58,215 bases of DNA from a virus (taxonomy: Duplodnaviria > Caudoviricetes), in IMG/VR virus record IMGVR_UViG_3300042869_000303, positions 1 through 58,215 of that record. The stretch is one strand, 5' to 3'. Numbering within the stretch: position 1 is the first letter of the stretch; each line of letters begins with the position of its first letter. The notes beneath the pieces were generated by a model, which was not told the DNA's origin, did not search any database, and saw nothing but the letters and a program-made list of their open reading frames with translations. Below are positions 9,736 to 20,015 of the stretch, one piece after another. Made by a program: the position numbers and the translations under genes.

Positions 9736-10500
9736 ATGGCAAACGAAAAAGCAAAAGCTGTTAAAACAGTTACGCCTTCTAACAAAGTTTACAGACTTTT
9801 AAATGGCGCTCCGTTATCTTACGTGTTACCATCGAGAAACCATCCTAGGTTCCCCTTGCTTTGGTATGACGAAGTAAATAACATTAACAGACCTCTCAGG
9901 TATTCAGTAAATCAACAGTCTCCATTTGAAGACGAGCAAGACGGGAACGCAATTGTAGAGCCTATCATCTTTGACGATGGATTCCTTTCTGTTCCTAAGA
10001 CCAATCCTGTCCTTCAGTTATTCTTACACTATCATCCTTTTAATGGCACCATCTTTACAGAGGTTGACAAAGAGAAAGATGCTGCTGCAGAACTAGAGGA
10101 CTTGAATTATGAAGCTGATGCATTGATTGAGGCTCGTCAACTAGGTATTGAGCAAATAGAAACTCTTACGAGAGTAATGTTTGGCAAAGATCCTTCATTG
10201 ACAACAACATCGGAATTAAGACGAGACATTTTGGTTTTCGCTAAAAGAGAGCCAAAAGAGTTTTTGAACATATTAAACGATCCGGACCTTAAGTTTCAAG
10301 CAAAAATCCATTTGTTTTTTGAACAAAAGTTATTAGTTTTGCGTAACGGTGACAAGGAAGTGTGGTTTAACACAGCAACGAATAAAAAGAAGATGCTGTC
10401 TGTTCCTTTTGGCGAAGAGCCATATGATACGGTATCGTATTTTCTGAAGAGTGATGAAGGCATTGATGCTCTTAAAATGTTAGAAACAATTTTGACATAG
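9736..10500 (+). CDS. hypothetical protein (head module)
   Basis: 254-aa ORF with A-rich start, bounded by terminators. Confidence 0.75.
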   Translation: MANEKAKAVKTVTPSNKVYRLLNGAPLSYVLPSRNHPRFPLLWYDEVNNINRPLRYSVNQQSPFEDEQDGNAIVEPIIFDDGFLSVPKTNPVLQLFLHYHPFNGTIFTEVDKEKDAAAELEDLNYEADALIEARQLGIEQIETLTRVMFGKDPSLTTTSELRRDILVFAKREPKEFLNILNDPDLKFQAKIHLFFEQKLLVLRNGDKEVWFNTATNKKKMLSVPFGEEPYDTVSYFLKSDEGIDALKMLETILT

Positions 10501-10521
10501 TTTTTTTGGATTTATGGTTAG

Positions 10522-10553
10522 GAGGGGGCACTTAATTGTGCCCTCTTTTTTTT
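10522..10553 (+). terminator. Rho-independent terminator
   Basis: GGGGGCAC-TTAATT-GTGCCCTC followed by T8. Confidence 0.85.
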
Positions 10554-10554
10554 G

Positions 10555-10562
10555 TATATTTG
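10555..10562 (+). promoter_or_regulatory. -7 promoter box (TATATTTG)
   Basis: TAnnTTTG directly after the terminator, 15 nt before the ATG at 10578. Confidence 0.6.
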
Positions 10563-10577
10563 TAAAAAAATCGATAA

Positions 10578-11552
10578 ATGATAAATGAAGTAAGAAATTC
10601 AGTATTAGCCATACTTAATAAAAATAATTATGGTTATGTGTCTCCGTCTGACTTCAATTTGATGGCGGCTAACGCTCAGATGGAAATTTACGAGTCGTAT
10701 TTTACCACATACAATAAGACTACAAACGCTGAGAATATGCGCTCTTCAGGCTCTGATTATGCTGATGTAAAGAAACCATTGTCTGAGGTGCTAGAGGGAT
10801 TTTTAATGAGCGATTTTATTATACCAAAATTTACACCTGCAAGCATTACAACCAATAATTTTTACTACCCATCTATTACTACTGTAGGCAACACTTCGTA
10901 TATGATTAACAGGGTGATTGCTTATACAAATCAATTGGCTTCAGGTGTAAACGATACGTTGCAGGCATTTTCGCTTATTGATACGACTGCAACATTTATT
11001 GCCGATGGGGTGTCTGCAGGAGACATTGTAGTAAATTCAACCACATTCAAGTCGTCTACTGTTATTGCTGTTGTTTCTGAAACAGAATTAAGTCTTAATG
11101 ATGACATATTTTTAGATGTGGCAACAGACGAAGAATATTATATATACTCGGCATCTAGTTATGCAGAGGCTGAAAAGGTGTCGAATAGCAATATATTGAT
11201 GCTTTTAAATTCTATTCATACGGCGCCGTCTTTAATATACCCGGCGTACACAAACATAGGAGACCTGATGACTTTATATCCTGCAACAATAAAAGGATAT
11301 GGTGCTGTAAGAACAGATTACTTTAGGCATCCAAAAGTTCCAAAGTGGACATACCAATCTTTAACCGGTGGTGAGCCTGTGTTTGACCAATCACAATTAG
11401 ACTACCAAGACTTTGAGCTTCCTCCTGAAGATGCTTTTAAATTGGTTTCAAAAATTCTTCAATATTGTGGTATCATCATACGTGAGGCTGAAGTGGCTCA
11501 ATTTGGTATGACTCAAGAACAACAAGCGGTAGCTACATTTGGTGTCCAATAA
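10578..11552 (+). CDS. head-tail adaptor / tail ring protein
   Basis: Helical N- and C-termini (LNKNNYGYVSPSDFNL..AQ; Y.RHPKVP; DFELP) around a beta insertion; position after the capsid gene. Confidence 0.6.
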   Translation: MINEVRNSVLAILNKNNYGYVSPSDFNLMAANAQMEIYESYFTTYNKTTNAENMRSSGSDYADVKKPLSEVLEGFLMSDFIIPKFTPASITTNNFYYPSITTVGNTSYMINRVIAYTNQLASGVNDTLQAFSLIDTTATFIADGVSAGDIVVNSTTFKSSTVIAVVSETELSLNDDIFLDVATDEEYYIYSASSYAEAEKVSNSNILMLLNSIHTAPSLIYPAYTNIGDLMTLYPATIKGYGAVRTDYFRHPKVPKWTYQSLTGGEPVFDQSQLDYQDFELPPEDAFKLVSKILQYCGIIIREAEVAQFGMTQEQQAVATFGVQ

Positions 11553-11570
11553 TAATAAAAAAAACGAGAA

Positions 11571-12494
11571 ATGGCATATTTATCTCAATATGAATACTAC
11601 AACAATAATGGCAATCCTCCCGAAGATGTAAATTGGGGTTCGTATCAGTACGTTAGCCTTCAGGATATTGTAAACAATTTCCTCTTGATGTATTCAGGCA
11701 ACCATTCGTTGGTGAATAACGAGGAGCGATATAAGGTTTTGTTTCATGCTAAGCGTGCAATACAAGAGTTGAACTACGATGCTTTTAAGGAGATAAAGGT
11801 ATTGGAGCTTACGGTGCCTAGTTCATTGATATACGTCTTGCCGTCTGACTTTGTAAATTGGGTTAGGATCTCATTGTATAAAGATGGGTGGCTTAGACCA
11901 CTTACAGAAAATATTCAAACGCTATCGTCTAAGGCATATTTGCAAGACAATACAGGAAGGATATTATTTGACCAAGATGGGAAGATACTAGAGCCTCAGT
12001 ACTCATCTATTGATTACGATAGATTAGCTAAAACAAAAAAGAGCATTTACCTAAACAAGCACAATAAATTTGACGGTCAGTCAGGATGGAATATAGACGG
12101 TAATTGGTATTTTGAGTATGGAGTAGGTACTCCATTTGGATTGAATACAGAGACGGCTAATTTTAACCCTACGTTCAATATTGACAAGAAGAGAGGAGTG
12201 ATAAACTTTGACTCATCAATGTCAGAAGAGCTTTGCATTCTTGAATATATTTCAGATGGCATGGAGGGTGGAGATGCGTCCTTGGTTACGGTGAACAAGT
12301 TGTTTGAGCAGTATATTTACGCTGCAATTAAATTTGAGATATTGAACTCTAAGTTTGGGGTTCAGGAATACATTGTCAATCGTGCTAGAAAGGAAAGGAA
12401 GGCATTGTTAAATAATGCCAAAATCAGAATCAGCAACATTCATCCCGGAAGACTCTTAATGAACTTAAGAGGAATGGACAAGATACTTAAATAA
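11571..12494 (+). CDS. tail tubular / ring protein
   Basis: AKRAIQELNYD...LPSDFVNWVRI pattern; lies before the nozzle gene. Confidence 0.6.
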   Translation: MAYLSQYEYYNNNGNPPEDVNWGSYQYVSLQDIVNNFLLMYSGNHSLVNNEERYKVLFHAKRAIQELNYDAFKEIKVLELTVPSSLIYVLPSDFVNWVRISLYKDGWLRPLTENIQTLSSKAYLQDNTGRILFDQDGKILEPQYSSIDYDRLAKTKKSIYLNKHNKFDGQSGWNIDGNWYFEYGVGTPFGLNTETANFNPTFNIDKKRGVINFDSSMSEELCILEYISDGMEGGDASLVTVNKLFEQYIYAAIKFEILNSKFGVQEYIVNRARKERKALLNNAKIRISNIHPGRLLMNLRGMDKILK

Positions 12495-12495
12495 T

Positions 12496-15400
12496 ATGAC
12501 AAAGATTTCAAGAACGTTTATATCAGGAAGGATGAACAAGTTGGTAGATGAGCGTCTACTTCCTGAAACTGAATATATTGACGGTATGAACATTAGAATG
12601 GGTTCTACCGAGAAGTCAGAGATGGGTGTTATAGAGAATACCAAGGGGAATCTTCCTCTTACTTCTTTGAGGTATATAGATGGAACTGAATTAAGTACAA
12701 GTGCTAGGTGTATTGGTGCCATTGAGGACAGTGCTAATGAGACTTTGTATTGGTTTGTGCATGACGACAACTTCTCTCTTGGGGCTACAGGTGTACTTGA
12801 TCTTATTGTTTCTTTCAATATTTTGACGAACATACTAACGTATCACGTTATTAGTATAGATGATGGGAGTGGAGTTAGTAGCACATTGAATTTTAATAGC
12901 AAGTACCTGATTACGGGCGTTAATATCATAAACAATTTATTGTTTTTTACAGATGGCTACAATCAGCCTAGGTGTATAAATACAACAAGGAACTATCCAA
13001 ACCCTGTTTCTTTTATCGATAGTATTTCTGCTGAAGAGCTATTAGTTATAAAGAGACCACCCGTAGAGTCTCCGGTAGTACAGCCGATTGTAACAAGCGG
13101 ACAGCAAAACTTTATGGACACAAGGTTTATATCTTTTGCCTATAGGTATCGGTACATTGACGGGGAGTATTCTGCTACATCACAGTGGTCTCAAATATCA
13201 TTTGTGCCAAACCCTTTTAGCTTTAGCCTAAACAGCATGCTGAACGAGGGTATGGTTAACTTCTGCAACACAGCAATTGTGAACTATAATACAGGAAGCT
13301 CACTTGTTGTTGGTATTGATTTACTGTTTAAAGAATCTGCAAGTAACATTGTAAAAGTTATAGAGAAGCTTGACAAGGCAGACTTGGGTCTTGCAGACGA
13401 TACTGTCTATCAGTTCACTTTTAGCAATAGCAAGATATTTACCATTTTGGGAACTAACGAGGTTCTTAGACTTTACGATAACGTTCCAAGGTTAGCAGTG
13501 GCGCAGACCATCATGGGCAACAGGCTCATGTATGGCAATTATCAGGAGGGTTATGACCTTATTGACAAGAACGGCAACCCTGTAAAGTTTGAATATACCA
13601 CAAGTCTTATTTCTGAGACGATTGGGCAGTCTGACGTTGACACGAGCTTTTCTACCGGGTCTTACGATATTGACACACCTGAGAGCATTCCTAACTCTGT
13701 GATAAGTATTGACCTAACAGGATTCTCTTTGGTAGCAGGTGCAGCCATTTCTGTTGAGATGAGTATTGCTCACGAATCATTTTCGGGAGACTTACCATTT
13801 CCTGCTGAAACCACGGATAATATCTCAATAGACTTTTCGTTCTTCTTGACTCAGAACTACAGCTCTGTATACCAAATGGCAACGAGTCCTGAGTTTCAGT
13901 CTGCTGTTGGTACTACTTTGAATATAAAGCCTGTCTACTCGGCTGTACCCGGTACAGAAACGTCTTGTGACGGCATAACGTTTACAGACTTGATAAACTG
14001 TGTTCTACCAAACAACCTAGACGCTTTGCAGAAGTTTAGAAGCGGTGTGGATAGCGTTAATACTCCTGTCTCAATCATAACCTCACCGGCAAGCTCTGTT
14101 ATACAGTTTCAGTTGATTGCAATGAATTATGTTAATAACACTGTTACTCCTACTCAAAATGTTTTCGAGTACTACTCATTCACGTTTGCAAATGCTACGT
14201 TCCAAGAGATAGCAAACCCTCAAAGCTTACACAGCAATAGAGGGTATGAGATTGGTATTGTGTACATGGACATGTACAACAGGTCTACAACTGCATTAGT
14301 TAGCCCTAATAATACTGAGCATATACCATGTGGATTTTCTCCAAATAAAAATGGTATACGTGTAACAATCCCTTTTACTCAAGTTGCTCCGGCTTGGGCT
14401 ACTCGTTATAAGTTTGTTATAAAGCCTGACGCTGAGAAGTATGAGATTATTTACAGCAACTTATTCTTTACAGACGAGAATACAAATGAGGTTTGGTTTT
14501 ACTTAGAAGGAGAAAACGCAAGAAAAGTAGAGATAGGAGATAGGTATATAGTGAAGGCTGATACAAGCGGTCCTCTTCTAAATTGTGCATACGCTACAGT
14601 TCTTGACAAGGCTGTGCAGGCTGCCGACTTTATTACTCCAATAGAGGACGTTACGATACCTGCAGGTGTCTACATGAAGATGAATCCAAACAGCTTTTCT
14701 GCTGTCGTAGACCCTAACTCAACCGTTGCTCCCGGGGGTAAACAAGCTTGTGCTCCCAAGGGAGGTAATTACAGCTATTTAGCTTACCCAATGAATAAAT
14801 TCAATACTGTAACAGGGCTGTACGAAGATTATACTGTACCTGCAGGTAGTAGAATAAAACTTTATATCGAGTGGTCTCGTGCAGGAGTAGGTGGGTCTTG
14901 TGAACAAAGGGGATATGTTTTAGAGCAAAATTACGTTTCTTCTGCTGATTATGACAATATGTATGATTGGTTTATTGGCGAAAATATAGAAAGTTCTTTG
15001 GATAATGGCACATCAACAGATGGAATAACTAGCGTAGAATTTATTCCAACTATTGGTCCTGTAGCCCCTTATTACAACTTTGACATTGTGTATCTAAGGT
15101 TTAATAGGAATCTAGCGACACTGCAATTAACGCTAGAAATGTCTACGGGTAAAAGCTGTACAGGGGGTCAACCAAATAGGAGGAAGTATTGTGTGTATGC
15201 TGACATAGAGGTGTTTCGTGCTCTTGATACAATAATCTTTGAGACTGAACCGTTAGACGCATCTCCTGACATCTTCTTTGAGAACAACTTATCATTTTCT
15301 ATTGATGCTGACGGAAACCACTCAGGAAATGTACAAGACCAAGATATTGCAACTAATACACCTGCGATTGTAGATACCATGTTCTTCAATTGCTTTTCTT

Positions 15401-16911
15401 TTGGTAATGGTGCCGAGAGCTATAAAATAAGAGACTCCTTAATTGGAAGAGAGTTTACCCTTGGTGAAAGAGTTACAGCAGTTTCTGCACAAGACTATAA
15501 GAAAGCAAATAGGTTTGCAGATATTACTTACAGTGGGATATACAATGCTGAGTCTAACGTAAACAAGCTGAATGAGTTTAACTTAGGGGTGCTTAACTAT
15601 AAAACGCTAGAGACTTCTTTTGGTCCTATTTATATATTGGATGGAAGGGAGACTGACGTTCTTGTTTTGCAAGAGGACAAAATATCTTATGTGCTTGAAA
15701 GCAAGAATTTGTTGTCATCCTCTGCCGGAGGTGGAGCAATTGCGTCTATTCCTGAAGTGTTGGGCACTCAGATTGCTCGTACTGAAAAGTATGGCATTAG
15801 CTTTAATCCTGAGAGCTATGTTCAATGGGGCTTCAATAGATTCTTTACTGATGTAAAGCGTGGTGTAGTCCTTCAGTTGATGGGTGACTCATACTCAAAC
15901 GACCAACTAAAAATTGTTTCAGACAGTGGGATGAGAACTTGGTTTAGAGATGAGTTTAATGCATCTTTCAGCACTCAGAAGCTTGGAGGATTTGACCCGT
16001 ACATGAACGAGTATGTCTTGTCAACAAATGACATTACTTTACCTGACGAGTTGAAGTGTGTTGATTGTGGTATCTTGAAAACCTTTACACTTTCAACACT
16101 TGAGGGAGAGACAGGAGAGTTTAGTTATTGCGTTGACTTGGGTCCACTTGTTGGAAATTCTTCTGTGTATTGGACTGTAAACAGCATAAGCGTAGATGGT
16201 GAGTTTAATGTAGATGTAATTTATGATGGCACCACAATAAGTTCAGGACCTGAAACAACATCAGGCTCATTAACTTTTGAGAAAGATAGTATTTCTGTTC
16301 AATCTGCAAGTATAGTAATAACCTATACAGGTGATATGTCATTGACATTTCTTGCAGACTGCTGTAATGCTGAGGAGCTGACAATTATTGAAGTTGTTTT
16401 GACTAGCAATTCAGATTTAGGTCAAAGCATACATACGGAGTTCAGATATACAAGCGGTACATTTATTGGTCCACTTCAATCTTCATTGGTTACGTTTGCT
16501 ACAGGAACGTCTCCAATCGTTTCAAGATACAACTCAATTACGGGGTCTGTGGGTACGGGGTCTTTTCCTCCCGAGGGAAGTACTATGACCTTGCAGACAA
16601 ACCAAATAGTTCCTGATACGTTTGTGTTCAATCCTTCTAGCGACAAGTTTAAGTATGCAAGGACAAATACATTGTACCCGAACACTACTGTGGGCATAAA
16701 TAATTTGCTATCGGTAGCAAGTACTGCAACACCAATTACAGGGGTTGCTCCAACTTATAGCGCATCGTTTACGGTTCCTCTTTCAGTTGATGGTAATAAG
16801 CTATATTTGATTTGGGACTTCAGAGAAGCCACTTCAGTTGAATTGTGTTATACGCCTGCAGAAACCGTAGACCCACAAAAAGATGTTTGCTGTAATTGCG
16901 TTGGAACTTAA
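12496..16911 (+). CDS. tail nozzle / stabilization protein (P22 gp10, T7 gp12-like), main part
   Basis: N-terminal GRMNKLVDERLLP..EY.DGMN, LLFFTDGYNQPRCIN, FAYRYRY.DGEYS, NRLMYGNY, and propeller-like C-terminal region. Confidence 0.75.
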   Translation: MTKISRTFISGRMNKLVDERLLPETEYIDGMNIRMGSTEKSEMGVIENTKGNLPLTSLRYIDGTELSTSARCIGAIEDSANETLYWFVHDDNFSLGATGVLDLIVSFNILTNILTYHVISIDDGSGVSSTLNFNSKYLITGVNIINNLLFFTDGYNQPRCINTTRNYPNPVSFIDSISAEELLVIKRPPVESPVVQPIVTSGQQNFMDTRFISFAYRYRYIDGEYSATSQWSQISFVPNPFSFSLNSMLNEGMVNFCNTAIVNYNTGSSLVVGIDLLFKESASNIVKVIEKLDKADLGLADDTVYQFTFSNSKIFTILGTNEVLRLYDNVPRLAVAQTIMGNRLMYGNYQEGYDLIDKNGNPVKFEYTTSLISETIGQSDVDTSFSTGSYDIDTPESIPNSVISIDLTGFSLVAGAAISVEMSIAHESFSGDLPFPAETTDNISIDFSFFLTQNYSSVYQMATSPEFQSAVGTTLNIKPVYSAVPGTETSCDGITFTDLINCVLPNNLDALQKFRSGVDSVNTPVSIITSPASSVIQFQLIAMNYVNNTVTPTQNVFEYYSFTFANATFQEIANPQSLHSNRGYEIGIVYMDMYNRSTTALVSPNNTEHIPCGFSPNKNGIRVTIPFTQVAPAWATRYKFVIKPDAEKYEIIYSNLFFTDENTNEVWFYLEGENARKVEIGDRYIVKADTSGPLLNCAYATVLDKAVQAADFITPIEDVTIPAGVYMKMNPNSFSAVVDPNSTVAPGGKQACAPKGGNYSYLAYPMNKFNTVTGLYEDYTVPAGSRIKLYIEWSRAGVGGSCEQRGYVLEQNYVSSADYDNMYDWFIGENIESSLDNGTSTDGITSVEFIPTIGPVAPYYNFDIVYLRFNRNLATLQLTLEMSTGKSCTGGQPNRRKYCVYADIEVFRALDTIIFETEPLDASPDIFFENNLSFSIDADGNHSGNVQDQDIATNTPAIVDTMFFNCFSFGNGAESYKIRDSLIGREFTLGERVTAVSAQDYKKANRFADITYSGIYNAESNVNKLNEFNLGVLNYKTLETSFGPIYILDGRETDVLVLQEDKISYVLESKNLLSSSAGGGAIASIPEVLGTQIARTEKYGISFNPESYVQWGFNRFFTDVKRGVVLQLMGDSYSNDQLKIVSDSGMRTWFRDEFNASFSTQKLGGFDPYMNEYVLSTNDITLPDELKCVDCGILKTFTLSTLEGETGEFSYCVDLGPLVGNSSVYWTVNSISVDGEFNVDVIYDGTTISSGPETTSGSLTFEKDSISVQSASIVITYTGDMSLTFLADCCNAEELTIIEVVLTSNSDLGQSIHTEFRYTSGTFIGPLQSSLVTFATGTSPIVSRYNSITGSVGTGSFPPEGSTMTLQTNQIVPDTFVFNPSSDKFKYARTNTLYPNTTVGINNLLSVASTATPITGVAPTYSASFTVPLSVDGNKLYLIWDFREATSVELCYTPAETVDPQKDVCCNCVGT

Positions 16912-16928
16912 TTTATAAAAAAAATAGT

Positions 16929-17864
16929 ATGTCAACACCTACATCATGTTACTTAGATGCTCCTAGCCTCGGCTCGGCTACTAAAATATTTACGGATAGC
17001 AACCTAACGATATGTGCGGCTGATGGGTTTTACTCTGACGGAGTGATAACAAGGCAGTTGCTTGGATGCGTTTTACTTCCTGAACAACCTTGCCCGTCAT
17101 GCGCTTTGTCCTGCGAGGGTGGTATTACTTACGACTCAACATCGGGCTTGACAGGAGTTTATCTAGTAAACCTTGACACGGGAAGTACTTTTGCTGATGT
17201 TGGAGCGATTATCGTAAAGTTCACAGGAACTACGTTTCCTAGTGGTATAAGTGTTTTGTTTAACGGTAATGTTTATAACAAGTTAAGTTCTGAGACGTTT
17301 GGTTATTTAGCAGGAGCACCGGGATTGACTACCTACGTTGGCGATGTTGCTACAGATAGTGGGTTAGTAGCAGGTAGCCCATACACAGCATTGAATGAAT
17401 ATGAGTTTGATGGTGCTACATATGTGCTTACGGGAGATACTCAAAGTTTTACAATTGTTCCAACTCAGTTGGATTTAACTGCAGGTAATCCTGACGATAT
17501 GTATATGGTTATACCAAAAACATCTCCCACTCCATACGACTTGAACATTTCAATATTTGCGCCCATCGCAGGGGCAGACTTTGGTTTTGCTGCTTATTGT
17601 CCTGCAGTGCTGCCTTCGTTTTTATGCGAGCCTGCAACAACGGCTGAGGCTGTTTGTGCCTCAGAGGTTATATCACAGGAGCGGTATACAGCAGTTGTTA
17701 ATGGAAATCTTACTGAGCACGGGTTGTACGATTGGGTTTTTTATGACAACTGTGGAGAGTTCCCTTTAGACGATGGGTATTATAGGTCATTACAATGCCC
17801 TCCGGGATTTGATTATTTTATAGCACAGAATGGAGTTATAATATCTTTTGGGACGTGCGCTTAA
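16929..17864 (+). CDS. Cys-containing beta-rich virion protein
   Basis: ATG at 16929 with A-rich leader is preferred over the track start; repeated DGFYSDG / DGYY...NGVI motifs and several Cys. Confidence 0.6.
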   Translation: MSTPTSCYLDAPSLGSATKIFTDSNLTICAADGFYSDGVITRQLLGCVLLPEQPCPSCALSCEGGITYDSTSGLTGVYLVNLDTGSTFADVGAIIVKFTGTTFPSGISVLFNGNVYNKLSSETFGYLAGAPGLTTYVGDVATDSGLVAGSPYTALNEYEFDGATYVLTGDTQSFTIVPTQLDLTAGNPDDMYMVIPKTSPTPYDLNISIFAPIAGADFGFAAYCPAVLPSFLCEPATTAEAVCASEVISQERYTAVVNGNLTEHGLYDWVFYDNCGEFPLDDGYYRSLQCPPGFDYFIAQNGVIISFGTCA

Positions 17865-17882
17865 TATTTTAAAAAATAAAAA

Positions 17883-18695
17883 ATGCCTTACAATAATTAC
17901 ACATTGACGTATAGCGAAGGAGTTGAAGGTTGGGTATCTTTCTACTCTTATTATCCTGACTACATGGTTGGGATGAATAACTACTTTTACACTTTCAAGG
18001 GTGGTAACTTGTACAGGCACAATGTAAACGAATTGAGGAATACGTTCTATGACGATTGGTTTATTCGTATTGGCAATCCGTCAGGAGCTTTTACGTCTGC
18101 TTCTATTCAGAGCGTTCTTAATCAGTCTGTACTAGAGAACAAGCTATTCAAGACCATTGACATTAGAGGTACTGCTCCTTGGGAAGTGCAGCTAGAGACA
18201 GACCTTCAGAACTCAGGCTATATTGAGCTAAATTGGTTTCAGAAGAAAGAGGCGACTTACTTTGCTTTTATAAGAAATAACTCAAACGGTCAGTTACCAT
18301 TGAGAAGCTTGAACGGAATTGGAAATAGCATTAGCGTTACCGGTAGTGGCACTATCATCAGCTTTAGTATTTCTCCATTGATTTCAGTAGGGGACATTAT
18401 CAGTATCGGAGACTTCTTGTATTTTCTTTCAGGCACTGCACCTTTACTTGCAGGTACTGTAACAGCTATAAATGTCAACTACCCGGCAGGCATAAACAAT
18501 ATAGTAATAAACAATATAGTGCCTAATGCGGTGCCTATACCAACGCAAACAAACTTTTTCTTGTATATAAAAAATTCGGTAGCTGAGTCCCATGGTGTGC
18601 TAGGTCACTACTGTAAGTTCACTATGCAAAACAGCTATGCAAGCAAAATTGAGCTTTTTGCGCTAGGCGGAGATGTAATGAAAAGTTTTCCTTAA
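17883..18695 (+). CDS. tail protein, probably the detached C-terminal part of the nozzle
   Basis: Begins TLTYSEGVEGWVSFYSYYPD...NNYFYTFKGGNLYRHN, a segment typical of nozzle C-termini. Confidence 0.55.
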   Translation: MPYNNYTLTYSEGVEGWVSFYSYYPDYMVGMNNYFYTFKGGNLYRHNVNELRNTFYDDWFIRIGNPSGAFTSASIQSVLNQSVLENKLFKTIDIRGTAPWEVQLETDLQNSGYIELNWFQKKEATYFAFIRNNSNGQLPLRSLNGIGNSISVTGSGTIISFSISPLISVGDIISIGDFLYFLSGTAPLLAGTVTAINVNYPAGINNIVINNIVPNAVPIPTQTNFFLYIKNSVAESHGVLGHYCKFTMQNSYASKIELFALGGDVMKSFP

Positions 18696-18714
18696 ATTCA
18701 ATACCTTTGTATGT

Positions 18715-19128
18715 ATGGGAACATTAAGCGCACGTAAGCTAAATAAATTTGATTACGATGATATTTTGCTAGGATGGTGGAAGGATTGGGAGTGGGAAGC
18801 TCCGACCAAAGACTTTCTTCCCGATAACGGGGAGGGTGGTATAATAATATTCGATGGAGAGGTTCCTATTTGTGCAGGTTTTGCGTATCTAACGAACTCA
18901 AAGGTAGCTTGGGTTGATTGGATTATATCCGACAAGAATTATAACGAAAAGCCTACACGGAAGGAAGCAATAATAATGTTGATTTCGTCATTAACAAATG
19001 TGTGCAAAAAGGTAGATTTTAAATATTGCTATGCTTTAATAAAGAATCAGTCTTTGATTAAAGTGTATGAGGAACTAGGGTATGTGCAGGGTGATAATTA
19101 TACAACAGAAATGATTAAAGTATTATAA
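18715..19128 (+). CDS. GNAT-fold protein (T7 gp13 / P22 gp14-like position)
   Basis: PICAGF...AWVDW...LIKVYEELGY pattern; lies between nozzle and ejection genes. Confidence 0.6.
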   Translation: MGTLSARKLNKFDYDDILLGWWKDWEWEAPTKDFLPDNGEGGIIIFDGEVPICAGFAYLTNSKVAWVDWIISDKNYNEKPTRKEAIIMLISSLTNVCKKVDFKYCYALIKNQSLIKVYEELGYVQGDNYTTEMIKVL

Positions 19129-19129
19129 T

Positions 19130-19990
19130 ATGGCAGCAATAACAACTGCAGCGATAGGCGCAGGTATATCACTAGCTAGTGCAGCTAAATCCTTCTCTGA
19201 CGCATCTAAGCAAAAGAAGGCTCAGAAAGAAGCTGAAGCAGCAGGAGCAGCAGCAATGAAAGCAGCTCGCCAAAAGCTTGACAAAAATATGTACGAGTCT
19301 CTAGCTGTTAACAAAGAGCCATATGAGATGGCTCAAGAAACAATAATTGCTCAAGGAGCACAGGCTACAGAGGCGGCAAGGGAAAGCGAAAGGGGTGTGG
19401 CTGCTACGGCAGGAGCTGTTCAGCAGGCTACAAACGAGGCTACAGCAGGACTTAGGACTCAAATGGGCTCAGATTTAATGGATATTCAAGAAAAAGTAGT
19501 CACTGAAGACGCTAATCTACAAAAGTTGCAAGCAAACCTAGACGTAGGGGAAGCGGAAGGTGCAGCACAAGCGGCAGCGGATTTACAGGCAGCCTCAGCA
19601 GCATCGTTGTCTCAAGGGTTTGCGAGCGCTACAAGTGCTGCTCAGCAAGGATTAGCTATGACTGAAGGGCTTGGAAAGACTCGCAGTGGAAGGATAACTT
19701 CTCAGATAAATAAAAAAGGATTAGGATTGGTGGGTCAAGCAGATTTGCAGAAAAGCGTTGGAGCAATGGGAACGATTAATGGAGTGGACTTTAGTGGTGT
19801 TTCAAATATGGCTCCAAATGAATACAACGCATTTATGGTTGGCGTGAAACCAAAAACTTTAAAGGCTCTTCAAAATCAATTACAATTTTCTTCTTTTAAG
19901 CCCGGATATACCCCTAAGCCATTTGGTACACAGGCTGCTCTTCCTCCTGTTTTACAATACGGGTATAATATTCCGGGATTGGGAGGGTAA
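19130..19990 (+). CDS. internal virion / DNA ejection protein
   Basis: Ala/Gly/Gln-rich with a hydrophobic N-terminus (MAAITTAAIGAGISLASA). Confidence 0.65.
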   Translation: MAAITTAAIGAGISLASAAKSFSDASKQKKAQKEAEAAGAAAMKAARQKLDKNMYESLAVNKEPYEMAQETIIAQGAQATEAARESERGVAATAGAVQQATNEATAGLRTQMGSDLMDIQEKVVTEDANLQKLQANLDVGEAEGAAQAAADLQAASAASLSQGFASATSAAQQGLAMTEGLGKTRSGRITSQINKKGLGLVGQADLQKSVGAMGTINGVDFSGVSNMAPNEYNAFMVGVKPKTLKALQNQLQFSSFKPGYTPKPFGTQAALPPVLQYGYNIPGLGG

Positions 19991-20015
19991 TAAAATAAAA
20001 AATAAAAAATAATAA

